From NCBI GenBank assembly GCA_023213395.1, contig CM041465.1:248565741-248629740 (forward strand): DNA of 64,000 nt. Reading direction: 5' to 3'. The stretch is from Cycas panzhihuaensis. Lineage: Eukaryota; Plantae; Cycadophyta. Below the pieces are notes generated by a model that did no database searches, had not been told where the DNA came from, and saw only the letters and a list, made by a program, of their open reading frames with translations. The position numbers were made by a program, and so were the translations under genes. Every line of letters starts with the position of its first letter. The stretch's first letter is position 1. This document shows positions 25,260 to 38,135 of the stretch, one piece after another.

Positions 25260-28200
25260 ATGGCGACAAAAATGCTCATTTCAAACATAATTAAACTATT
25301 TAAGAGTAATAACTTTTTGGATGAGAAGAAATAAGTCAAACATCTTTTAAACATGAATGAGTTTTTGGCCTATGTATCATATGACATAGTTAAACCTACT
25401 CTAATACCTGACCCAACTAATCTAAACAATATGATCCCTCTAGATCTTATTGCCCTTAGTACTTTTAGAGCTATAAGCAATCGTGCTCTATCCTTCCTAT
25501 ACTTAGCTATATAGGATAATGTAGAACTAAATATTTAAATAATAGATGCATCTTATGAGGCATAGGATCATATGTTCACTTTATGAGAAAAAAGATGACT
25601 AAAGAGAAATCATGCTAAAAGCATGCTTATATTCCATACCTTTTGTTGGCTCTATTCCTTCATATGTTACTAGAGTTAAAGCTATCAAGAACCAACTTGC
25701 CACTCTTGGAGCTCCTCCTTTTGAAATGACCTTGTTTCTAGTGTTGTAAATATCCTTCTTACCATGTACTATAGTTTATATCTCATTTATAAAATAACTT
25801 TACTACTATGGACTTTAATACCCTAGAAGGTATATTGAACTGATAAGGGACAACATCTTCTTCTAACACTACTCCCACATTCACAACTAGAAATTGAGGA
25901 AGGAAATAACTTATTTAGTAGCCTCTTATCTAATAATTTAGTTCTTTAAACTTAAATCAACCACTATAGTAGACTAGAAACTAATAGAGAAAATAGAATG
26001 TTACTTACCTCTACTATGACAAACTTGGGCATGTTATCACTAATTGCAGAAAGAGATAATCTAATTTATAACTTTTATAGACAAACCTTAGATAACAAGG
26101 AGGCTAGAATCAAGGCCAGAACTAACATCACAACAATAAATATAGCCAATAAAATAAGTAATAACAAAAACAATATCAACCAAGGAATTAGAAACAGGGT
26201 TGCAACAAAAAGTTATAGTAAGAAGGCCATGTGGTCAATACCCATGCCAATACCTAAAACTTGTTCTATGTCACTTTTTCTTCTAATCATTTAGATAACT
26301 CCTAGTTAATAGATTTTGGTGCCACTTGTTACATAACAAACACTAAAGAACTTTTAAAAGACACCAAGCATATTCATGCACAGATAATAACCTTTGGTGA
26401 TGATGTTATATATGATGTGGGTGAGATTGGGAAAGGTCCCACAAACTTGAATGATTCAAATATATGTCACCATATCAGTAATTTCTTATATGTATCTGGT
26501 ATGAAATAGAACCTACTTTCTATTGACCAAATTGATAAGCAAAATTTTGACGTACTCTTTAACCAAGGAACTTATACTATTTTAGATCATTTAACTAAAT
26601 AAGTAGTGGCTATAAGACATGATGACAATGGTCTATAGAAGCTTAATAGTATTCCACTTTCTTTTGCATATAATTAGAATATAAGTGCCATTATACATCT
26701 TACTCTAGTAGATAAAAGAAAAAAATTTGAATTAGAATATAAGTGCCATTATGCATCCTACTCTAGTAGATAAAAGAAAGAAAATTATTATAATAGACCT
26801 ACCTATTGATATTCAAGTTGAATCTTCGTATACTAAGGAGAAACCTACTCACAAGTGTATTAAGGATCAATTATGGCATCAATACCCTAGTCATCTAAAT
26901 ATGTAGAGTCTTAACCTCACATTTATACTTTAGATGTTACATGGGCTACTGAAGATCAAACATGATAAAAGTTTCTATGAAGCTTATATTGTTAGAAAAA
27001 AACATAGAGAACCATTTAATTTAAAGTAAGCTTGACAATCAACTGAATCATTGGGCTTAGTTTACCCAGATATCTGTGCAACTATGTTGAAGGCTTCTCT
27101 AAATAATAGTTTATATTTTATTACATTTATTGATGATTATTTTTTGAAAGTTTAGGTTTACTTTGTAAAGAATAAATTTAAAGCCTTTGAGAAATTTAAG
27201 GAATTCAAAGCTAAAGTTGAAAATAAAACTGACACTACGATCAAGATGCTTTGTACTACTAATGGAGATGAGTACATATCAAATTAATTCACTAATTTTT
27301 GTAAAGAACATGGTATTAAATTCCAATTCTAAGCTCATAGTACTCCTTACTAGAATGATGTTACTAAACAAATGAATGAAACATTGGTGAATAATGCAAA
27401 AGTAATGGTTCATGTTGTAAACCTTGCTAACTAATTATAGGATAAAGTTATTAGTACAATGACTTACCTCACATTATGTTGTAAAAGTTTTAAATAATAA
27501 GAAGGTATTGACTATAAAGAGACCTTCATGCTTGTTGCCAACACGATAATTGCTTATCTAGTTATGTCATTAGTAATTTAATTCAAATGGCTTGCTTATC
27601 AAATGGATGTCAAAAGTGTTTTTCTCAATGGAGACCTCTTTGAAAAAATTTACTTGAGATAACCACTTGATTATATTGTTTATAGAAAAGAATATATAGT
27701 TTACAAACTTAAGAAATCTTTATTTGGACTCAAGCAGGCACCTCATGCCTGGTATATAAAGATTAATACTTATTTTCTTAAGTATAGAATCAATTGTTCA
27801 TCCTCTGATCCTAATTTATATATTCGGATCTACAATGATCTAATTACCATTACTATTCTCTATGTTGATGATTTATTAATCACTAAAAATTATAATGAAG
27901 GGATTTATAATCTCTAATAGGAATTCAAAAGTAGTTTTGAGAAGACTAACCTTAGACTCCTCCACTATTATTAACATTGAAATTTGGTAAGAAATAGGTC
28001 ACATTTTCTTATTACAAGCTAAATATATGAATGAGCTCTTATAGCATTTCAGAATAAGTGACTACAAACCTTTGCCTATACTTATGGAGACTAGAACCAA
28101 ACTAACTTTGGATGAACATGGCAAACCTATCAATCTCACTCTTTATAGACAACTTATAAGGAGTCTGATTTATGTTACTAATACTCACCTTAATATCTAA

Positions 28201-28790
28201 TATGTAATTAGGATTTGTTTAAGGATTATGTATAAACATATATTATCATATTAGAAAGCCATAATTAGAATTCTTAGGTATATTCGTAATACCTTATAAC
28301 ATGGATTTGACTATAACCAAGATGATACTCCTATTCTAAAAGGATTTAATGATGCAGACTAGGCTAGTTACCATGATACTCGCCACTCTACTTTAGGTTA
28401 CTCTTTTGACTTAAACGTAGCTATTATTTCTTGGAGTTGTAATAAATAACTTAATGTTGCTTTATACTCCACTAAAGTAGAATTTAAAGTAATTGTTCAT
28501 GCAACTACTAAAGTAATTTAGATATATAAGATTCTTGCTAAACTTCATCTTTAACAAATTCAAGCTATTCTCATATATTGTGACAATCAAAGTGTATTGA
28601 AGATAATAAAGAACCCTATTTTCTATGTAAGAATAAAGCACATAGAGGTTCATCATCATTTCTTCCACTTATGTTCAAGATAGAGAAATTGATCTTGTGT
28701 ATAGACTAACTCAAGACTAGGTTATAGATATCTTCACCAAAGCACTTGGTAAACCAAAGTTTCAAAGGTTTTAGCATGACCTTGATGTTA
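25260..28790 (+). pseudogene. Copia gag-pol (degenerate)
   Basis: gag start MATKMLIS...LLNMNEFLAYV; protease LIDFGATCYIT; integrase LVYPDICA...FITFIDDY; RT EGIDYKETF, QMDVKSVFLNG, KKSLFGLKQAPHAWY, LYVDDLL; RNase H YCDNQSV, *VIDIFTKAL. Confidence 0.93.
26671..26786. repeat. 59-bp tandem duplication within copia pol
   Basis: AATTAGAATATAAGTGCCATTAT(A/G)CATC(T/C)TACTCTAGTAGATAAAAGAAA occurs twice in succession. Confidence 0.85.
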
Positions 28791-31700
28791 AGATTAATGA
28801 GGTTATCATTAAAGAAGGATGTTAAAATATAATGACTCCTTCATATGATATTTTGTAAAGTTAGTCACTTTACTTAGATAAAGTATAATTAGAATTCAGG
28901 TTATGACTTAATATTGTAATTCTTAGTTGAGGGTCAACACCACACATTAAGCCTCATAACTATCTAATAAGACTTATGTAATATAAGGTCCAATTAGGTG
29001 AAAGCATATGAGGTCTAATCTATATCCACCTATTATAAAGTGATAGATATTAAGCTCTCTATAAATTAAGCCCATGTCACCATTCATATAAGGATGATTT
29101 CTATGAGATTCCAAACTCTACCAGAGTTCTATATCAATCATCAATCAATTTGATATCATTATTCTTTTGGTTTAGAGCTAATTTCTAAACCTCTATTCAT
29201 ATCTTATATTCATTTAATATATTCTTAATATGCTTTGTATATTGATGAGTTTATCTCATGTTGGTTAAGAGGATAAAGATCCTATTAAGGTCATTTTTTA
29301 TTAATTAGATTAAACCTAGCTTTATCACTATAGACCCAAAGTTTAAAATTATAGAAATCATAAATGAAGGGGATATTTAATTAAAGTCAAATAAGATTCA
29401 TAAATGATTGATTTCTTTATTCCTCTTTGATATTAATGATTTACCTAAGTTTAAAGGTTCTAAAGAGGAACACTCAGGGAGAATAATACATAATAACATT
29501 AAGTTTAATATTGGCACTTAGGAAGAATAAAAGAAAATAAAGATTAGTAAGGAGTATATAGGACCAAAAGAGGAAGTAATTATGTCCTTATATTATAAGC
29601 ACATGCATGTATTTATTTAAACATATGAAAGCTTCAAATTTCTTAAGCTTAACATTACATAAGATGCCGTACCCTTGAAAGCTTGGGTTACACCATTTGA
29701 ATAGAAGAAAAAAACTAAAAATCCTAAAATAAAAGACCTAATTTAGAGAGAGGTTCAAAAACTTCAAGAGTTGGGTATTATCTTTCCTATAAGGTATTCC
29801 ACTTGGGTAACTAATTTTGTTTTGGTAAGGAAGAAAAATAAAGATATAAGGTTATGTGTCAACTTCTAAAATTCAAACAAATAATTCTCTTCCAAGGATA
29901 GAATATATATTATAAATGATTATAATGTTTAAAATGATATCCTTATTAGGTATATTTTTAGGATATAATAAGGTTTTGGCAGCTAATAAATCTTATTTTA
30001 AGATGCCTTCCACAACTATCTATGGGACTTTTACCTATACAAAATATTTATTGGTGAACATTACAAAGGGCAACAGATTACATTTTCAAGGCATAGATGA
30101 GATTCATCATTGTGATCTATCTAGATGACATAAGAATGTTCTTTAAAAGTCATATTGACCATGTAGATTATTTAAGAATTTTTTTCTAAAGATGTAGAGA
30201 GTTTGGAATTTCTCTAAATCTAAAGAAAATAATCTTTAAAGTGACCATTAGAAAGTTATTAGCTCAAATTTTAAAGGAGGGAACTCTCAATTATCTAGAG
30301 TGTACCAAATCTATTAAGGAATTGCCACTTCCTACAAACAAGGAAACTATATAAGCCTTTTTGAGAAAATTAACCTTTTACAAGGGATTATCACAAATTT
30401 TATGAGCATTACTCTCCTTATTAATAAAGTTCTAAGGAATGAAGTAGAGTTCAAGTTGATTGAAGAAGCAAAATATACTTTTTGTTAGATTAAGGAATGC
30501 ATTAGAAGGCCTTTATCTTGATTTCTAAAGAGACTTCATTATGTGCTCTTACGCCTCAAAAGGGACTCATGCAGCCATGTTAATGTAGCAGGATGAAATG
30601 TGGTAGAAAAGACATATAACATTCTTAAGGAAAGCTTTAAAAGATTATTAGTTAAGATATTTAGAGGTAAGAAAATAGGCTTATGCTCTCATTAAGTCTA
30701 TAAAATATTTTGAGGCTTACATCCTTCATAATCATACTATAGACTATGTCCCATTAGCCTTAGTAAGGGCTATGCTTGATCAAGTAAAACCAACTAGAAC
30801 ATGGGCTTAATGGATAGCTAAGATCCATGACTTTGATATTGATGTTGAACCTATAAGATTGGCAATAGGTCAAGGCCTCTATAAGCTTTTAGCAGAAGAT
30901 CAAGTCATGGTTCTAGTTGAGCAAGAAAAGGGATGAAAAAAAAATCATAAAGAATTAACTAATCAATTAATACCAAGTTTGAGGATCAAGTTAGCACCAA
31001 TCTTGATCATCTTCTTATGAATATTATTTTCTATCTTAAGAAAATCATTTGTCCTAATTCTTTAGATAAAAAGGCAATAAGATCTTTAAAGTTAAGAGTG
31101 ATCCCATATGTACTTTTGCAAGGACAATTATATAGGAGAGGTTATAATGGAGTCCTAATAAAGTGTTTAGGAATGGAAGAGGTCTATAAGGCATTAGACA
31201 AGTTCTATATAAGACTTTATATAGGCCATTATTTAGCTAAAACTACTACTCACAATATTCTTAGGGTGAGGTACTTTTATCCTATTATGTTTGAGGTTTC
31301 ATTTAAGAGAAAAAGGAGTTGGTAGGCTTGCTAAAAACTTGTAGGGAAGTAAAGACTAGTAATAATGTCATTGTAATCCCATTTTGCTAATCATGCCTTT
31401 GAATATTAGGGTTTATATTTCATTATATCTATTAATCTAACTTCTAGAAAAGGTTACATTTTTATCCTGATGGCCATTGGTTACTTTATTAGGTGGCATG
31501 AAGCTATAACATCTAGAACAACCACTTTTATTATGGTAATGAGATTCCTAAATAAGTGATTATGCTTAAGCGTGGTATTCTAGATTTCCTAGTATTAAAT
31601 AATGAGCTTGCATTTGTATCAACTAAGATAATTGAATTATGCTAAAATCATCAAATTCACATCAATTTCTTTTCAAACTACTATCCAAAAGGGAATGGTT

Positions 31701-32311
31701 TAGTAGAATCCTCTAATAAGAACTTAGTGTCAATCTTGAAGAAGATAGTTAAATTAAATCAGAGAGATTAGCATTTGAAGTTGTATAAGGTTTTATGGGT
31801 TGACAGGATTACCAACAAGGATGCTATAAAATCTTCCCCTTATCTATTATTATATGGTAAGGATGTAGTTTTATTAAAGTATCTTACCTTAGTATCTCTT
31901 TAGTTAATTGATCTTAATAAGAGAGAGTTGTCTCTTATTAACAAGAGATTATAGGATGTGTTAGCTTTGGAAGAAAAGAGAGAAGAGGCTAGAGAGAATT
32001 TCTAGTAACACTAACAAAAAGTTAATTAATATTTTGATCGAATAATTACCACTAAAAAGAATTTCCAACTAAGGGACATGATCTTAGTTTATAATAAAGC
32101 TAAGGAAAAGATAAGTGTATATAAGAAGTTTAATTTGTTATGGTTAGGTCTATTAGAGATAGTTGAGGAAGTTAGCATCAATGCTTTCAAGTTGAAGACT
32201 TTAGAGGGAGATCTACTACATACCCTAATCAATAGATGGTATCTCAAAAGCTTCTTTACATGAATGTATATCAAATAATTATGTAAATAACTATATATTC
32301 TTGCTAAAATT

Positions 32312-32543
32312 TGTCTAAAGAGAATAACATTTAGCTCTCACACCAATTGATGATGAACACAACCGTAGAATCACTTAAAGAGGGAATATGCTAGCTAAGG
32401 TACCTCCATTGTATTAACAAAACATCATTACAACATCATACAATATGATACACTATGTTGTATATTTATACAACTTAATATGGAAAGAGTGGGACCCCCT
32501 TGCATGTGGGACAAAACAAATGTGCATTATCAATATTCCAACA
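32312..32543 (-). mobile_element. Short solo LTR-like insertion with an internal PBS motif
   Basis: Minus strand begins TGTTGGAAT and ends TAGACA; flanks AAATT/GAACT differ only by transitions; TGGTGTGAGAGC at 32334-32345 (minus). Confidence 0.5.
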
Positions 32544-32599
32544 GAACTTAAAGAACATTTTTAGAGGGGAGAATGGTGTTCATTCACTTACAATATTAT

Positions 32600-32925
32600 A
32601 AATAGTTATGGTTATGATTAATTTTAAATTAGAAGAAAGGTAATCCATATAGCATATGCCTTTGATTTGCTTAATAAAGGTTGAATACATGGTATATTTT
32701 ATGTTTAATGGCTTAAAACAAAAACTAACTTGACAACCCATTAAATGGACCTCCTAATCTTGGATGAGAAAGGAAAATAATCTTAGAGCCAAAAGGTGTT
32801 TTTGACATTAAAGAAATGTAACTTTGACCTAGGTTAACAAAGGAATACCTAATTCATCTAAAGCCATCTAAACCCACCCAAACTCCAAGGACAAAATATT
32901 TTAAGAAGGGAGATCATGTGGCAAT
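32600..32925 (+). mobile_element. Chromovirus-type gypsy 3' remnant (integrase C-terminus/chromodomain start, PPT, LTR start); the LTR resumes after 38510
   Basis: AYAFDLLNKG*IHGIFYV*WLK...LLILDEKGK/IILEPKG...L*PRLTKEYLI resembles AYKLELP..SKIHPVFHVSCLK...LDEEGKIILEPE...EYLIKW; AAGAAGGGAG then TGT at 32917. Confidence 0.78.
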
Positions 32926-34159
32926 TGGTAAAAATAATGTGTATTTCATTATATTATTATGTATTTCATTATGTACACTTAATAATATTAATAATATGCA
33001 CTTTATGTTAGTGGGTTAACTAATAAGAAGTTAGTTGCTCTTATGTAACTTCCTTAACTCCTTGATATATTCCTTAAATTAAGGAATGAATCACTATCTC
33101 ATTGATGGTTTTTAAACTAAGAACTTTGAGGGTGATTGCATTGGAGCTTTAGAGTAGATACCAACATGTATTAGAGGTAATTTAACATAAATAAATTTTT
33201 GTTGTTATCACCTATGTAATCTCTCAATTTTCATGCTATCTTTTAAAATTTTAATTCAATCCTACTCTTAGTCCTTTTAATATGGTATCAAAGTCCATAG
33301 TTCATTTTATGGATTTTTCTCAATTCTTTTATTACAAGTCAAATCTTTAGGGTATTATTGTTGTTGTACAGTGGTTCCTTATGAGTTTTTGCTATTTTAT
33401 GCAAACCCATGATGATTTTAGATAGAAAAGTGAGTTATTTTTTTATGATTGGGTAACTTTAAGATAAGTACACATTTAAAACTCTAGTTTTTTGTAATTT
33501 CAATTGCTATGGGTTTGTTCTAGACTCATTAGAAGTTCATATTATAGAAATTTTAGCTTTAAAAATGAGATTTTTTGTCTTCATTTTGCCTCAAGAAGTA
33601 TAAGAAGTTGGAGGGTTTATAAACCATATTTCAACTTGATTTTTCATCATTTGTGATGATTTTTCCTCTTGTTTGAGGCTACAAATATGTACATAGTGAT
33701 AAAAAAACCCTAGTAGTGATTATTTGTTCAAAGAATTTCATCAAAATTTAAACCCAGTAAGCAATTAACCCTCTACAACTATACACAACTTTTCTATATA
33801 TATGTATTTGTAAAAAATACATAGTCAATGTTTATTGATTTATTTTTTGCTTATCTAATATTTTTAACATTGTGTTAGTGAAATTAAATTATATTAGATG
33901 TATTTCAAAGTCCATACTTAAGATTTAAGCCCATGATCATGTAGCAAAGGGGGCTTTAATGTCCAAAAGGTGTTAATCATCAAAACTTTTCTATTTGACC
34001 TTTATTTCCAAAAATTCAAGCTATTATAATGATATTTTGAGTAGTACTTTCATAATTTGAGCTTAGATTTATAAACAAACCTCGTAGCCTCTAAATATTC
34101 TTATAAACTTATAATTGTGATCACAATTTTATTACATTTTTTATCATAATATCTAGTGT

Positions 34160-34911
34160 GAGCATAGTTGGTTTCATTCTCTCAGAGTCACAACAATTAA
34201 ATGGTAAAAATTATATAATATAGAAGTTTAAAATATCAAATATCTTAGCTTTAAAAAGATTAATGAAAATAGTCAAAGGCAGGGAACCCAAGACATTTTA
34301 AACAACCCCTTAAGCTATAACAACTATTGGAATATCTGTTAGATCAACCTCTATGACTTTAACAATAACAAGTAAAGATGTGGAAGACTAGGAGAATAAA
34401 GAATGAGAGGCACTCCTAATTATCGGTTTATCTTTTGTAGACTCATCATAAATCTATAAGGAAAGATAACATCTATGAAAGCATGGAAAACACTGAAAGA
34501 TCTATATGAAACAAAAATTAAAACCAAAGTTTTATAGCTTAGGAATCAATTGTATACTTGTAAAATGACCATTGATGATTGTATCTCCATCCATTTCTAA
34601 AGCCTTAAGAAAATTAGACATTAATTAATAGCCATCAGTGAGAAAGTTAAGGGGAGAGAACTTGTGAGTATTACATTAAATACCCTCCACAAAGGCTATC
34701 ATATTTTTAGCACCAGTTATACTTAATGAATAAATCACAACCTTTGACCTTTGAAGTATTAGTTAGACTTCTCTTGCAAAAAGAACGATGCTTAGTTAGA
34801 CTTCTCTTGTACAAAGAACAACACATAGGTGGATATGTAGGTAGTAATTATAGAATGGTATTGACTTCTCAATTTAAGAAGAAATTATAGGTGAATTCTC
34901 CTAAACAAGAT

Positions 34912-34967
<56 letters not shown>

Positions 34968-37900
34968 GCATTAGTAAATTCAAAGGAAAGAAGGATGTCA
35001 CATATATCTATTACAAAAATGCAGGTCATTTTAAAAAGAAATATTGGAGGAAATAAGCAAATAAAATGAAGAAAATTACTGACAAAATCATAACTCTATC
35101 TACTGATGACAAAAAAGTCTTTGTGTTCTGTCTTATTTCTCCACTTCAGGTACTGAGTACATTAATTCAAAAGCCTCTAACCATATCATTTTTCATAAAG
35201 AATGGTCTAAGGAACTCAAAGAAAGAAATAATTTAATTATAATTCTTAGAGATGACACTTAATATAGAGCAATAAGTAAAAACATAATTGTTCTTAAATA
35301 ATTTAATAATAAGATCACCATCTCTAATGTGTTGTATATACCATCTTTGAAACATAACTTACTCTTAATAAGCCATATAACTAAACTTAATTTGAAAGTG
35401 GAGTTTGATGATGTTAAGCATATCATCAAAGATGGTAATTTTGTAATTACTCAAGGAGTCCAAGAGAGTGGTTAATATAAATTCTCTAGTTCATCTTAAC
35501 ATAGTTTTATTACAACTATATCTAATACATTATAACATTATCATTTTGGTTATTTGAACTACTACAACCTTTATTTCTTGAATAAGTTAAAGATGGTGTA
35601 TGATCTTTTTTTAATGAAAAAAAAAATTAAAATATGCAGTGCCTGTACATTAGGAAAATAACATAGGGAGAAATTTGTCAAGCCCACTTGGTAAACTAAA
35701 GTTAAATTGGAATTAGTACACTTAGATCTATATGGACCAATCACATAAATTTTATTTGGAGAAGTAAGATACTTCATTACCCTCATTGATGACTTGATTT
35801 GGAAGATGTGGATTTATGTTCTAAAAAAATAAGTTAAAAGTATTTACAAAATTTAAGGAGTTCAAAGCTGAGATAGAAAACTACTCTAAAATCATAATTA
35901 AAATTTTAAGAAATGACAATAGAGGCAAATACTTGTCTATTGAGTTTATTACTTTCTATAAGAACTATGGCATGAAATGAAAATCGAAAACATCTTATAT
36001 ACTATAATAAAATGGTATAGCCAAAAGGATGAATTACACCATTATTGAAATGGCAAGGCATATGCCTAAGCCAAAAAAGTACTTAATGTCTTATGGGCTG
36101 AAGTAGTGAACATATCAATGTATATCTTCAACAAAAGTCCTATAATAGTTATTCAAAATATGATTCCTATAGAGGCTTAGATAGGAAAAAAACCCTCCAT
36201 TTCTAATCTTTGAGTCATTGATTGTACAACTTATGTATATACATATGATGTAAAGTGATAAAAACTTGATAATAAAAGTCACAAATGCATTCTTATAGCA
36301 TATCATGAGTCATCCAAAGTTTATAGACTTTGGGATTTCTCAGAGAAAAAGATTGTAATTAGTAGGGATATTCTCTTTTTTGAGTCTGATGATGATGTAA
36401 TTCCTATTATAAATGTTAATGCTAAAAGTATAAAGGAGAAGAGTAAAACTAGTATAAAGAAAGAAGTAAGGAAATAATTGTAAATATTCCATCTTTTTCT
36501 TCTAAGTTACCCATATGGTATACTTAAACCATAAAACATTCCAAGATTAATAATATTAACACTAGTACAAGTGTGGAAATATGTAACAAGGTAAATTTTA
36601 CCTTGATGTATAATGTCTTAAACATAAATGAACTTGAATCTTTTGTTAAAGCTAAGGATGCACCCATTAGCAGACAACTATATAAGAGGAGTATGACTCC
36701 ATGTTAAAAATTGATACTTAAAATCTTATAGAGCTTCCACTTGGGAAGAAGGAAATTGGTTGTAAATGGGTATATAACATGAAATATTAATTAAATGGTG
36801 ACATTGACGAATACAAAGCTCAGCTTGTAGCTAAGGGTTATGCTCAAATTGAAGGTATAAACTTTAAGAAGACCTTTACACCTACATCCAAAATGACCTC
36901 CATATAAATTTTAACTATCCTTGCATTTCACTTTGGTTGGGAACTCTAGCAAATGGATGTTAAGAGTGCATTTCTTCATGGCATTCTTAATGAGCAGGTT
37001 TATATTAGCAACTTGAAGGCTTTGTATAGACTGACCATGAGCGACTTATATATAGGTTGAAAAAAACCTTGTATGGGATTAATCAGATACAAACAGCATG
37101 GTATACATGCATTGATGACTATTTTATCACTCATGGTTCCTTCATTGTAAATCAAATCATAAATTATATATCAAACATGAGGATGATGAGATACTTATTA
37201 TTGTTCTCTATGTTGATGATCTTATTTTCGCTAGTAGTAGTAGTACTTCTCATATAAAATATCTTAAAAAGGATCATCTTTCCAAAGCCTTTGAGATGTA
37301 TGATCCTAACATTTTATGTTTTACCTTGGTTTGGAGTTTTGGCAAAATGATAATATATTTATTCCACACTCCAAGTATGCACATAATTTGTTAAAATGTT
37401 TCTAGATGGAGGACTATAAATGAATGGCTACACCCATAGAAGTTATCCTTAAGTTGTTTAAAGTGGTAGATGTTAGGACTATTGATGTTATATTATACAG
37501 GTAATTAATAGGAAGCCTCATTTACCTCATTAATACTAGGCATTATATTAGTTATGATGTTGGCATTATAGTTAGTTTTATGAGTGTTCCATCCATCTCT
37601 CATTGTAAGGTAGTAAAGCACATACTGAGATATGCTAAGGGGACTATTAGATTTGAACTCTTGTTCTCAAGAGTTGAAGAGTTTTAGGTCCATGTCTATA
37701 CTAACTTAGATTGGACTAGAGATATTGATAATTAGAGATCAATTATAGGTTTTCTGTTTATATCTAGTCCTAGATTGATTTGCTAGTGCAGTAAAAAATA
37801 AGCAACCATCTCCTTATCTTCTATAGAACTAGAGTATAAAGCTATAGTTGCAACTACTTGGTTAAGGAGGTTACTTAGTTATTTTAATCTTTTATAGAAT

Positions 37901-38135
37901 GATCCTATATCATTATTTTGTGATAATCAAGGTGTAATTAATTGTTGAAGAATCTAGTCTTCCTTGCTAGCATAAAGCATCTAGAAGTACATTATTATTT
38001 CATTCAAGAACAAGTATAAAGCAAAATAATTAAGTCATTATATTATCCAACATAAGATTAGGTTGCAGATATTCTCACCAAAACTTTAACTCATGAGAAA
38101 TTTGAGAGGCTCAAGAGTCTCTCACTTATAAGGGA
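34160..38135 (+). pseudogene. Copia gag-pol (degenerate)
   Basis: QLNGKNYII*KFKI; LELVHLDLYGP; YFITLIDD; IGCKWVY; YKAQLVAKGYAQIEG; QMDVKSAFLHG; LYVDDL; FCDNQ; VADILTKTL. Confidence 0.92.
34915..34964. repeat. (TC)25 microsatellite inside copia gag
   Basis: Perfect dinucleotide run. Confidence 0.95.

Larger units (their letters stand above)
21291..29327 (+). mobile_element. Ty1/copia LTR retrotransposon (degenerate, with an internal deletion between INT and RT)
   Basis: LTRs 21291-21797 and 28820-29327; perfect TSD CTATA; PBS TTGTATCAGAGC 21800-21811; PPT before 28820. Confidence 0.94.
20580..32263 (+). mobile_element. 5'-truncated Ty3/gypsy Tat element with aRH-RT-RH-INT order (TatII-like), split by the copia at 21291-29327
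   Basis: aRH 20730-21110; the frame resumes after the TSD with I*LKSNKI...LFDIND; RT ~29600-30300, RH ~30500-30900, INT ~31000-32263 ending INRWYLKSFFT*. Confidence 0.88.
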
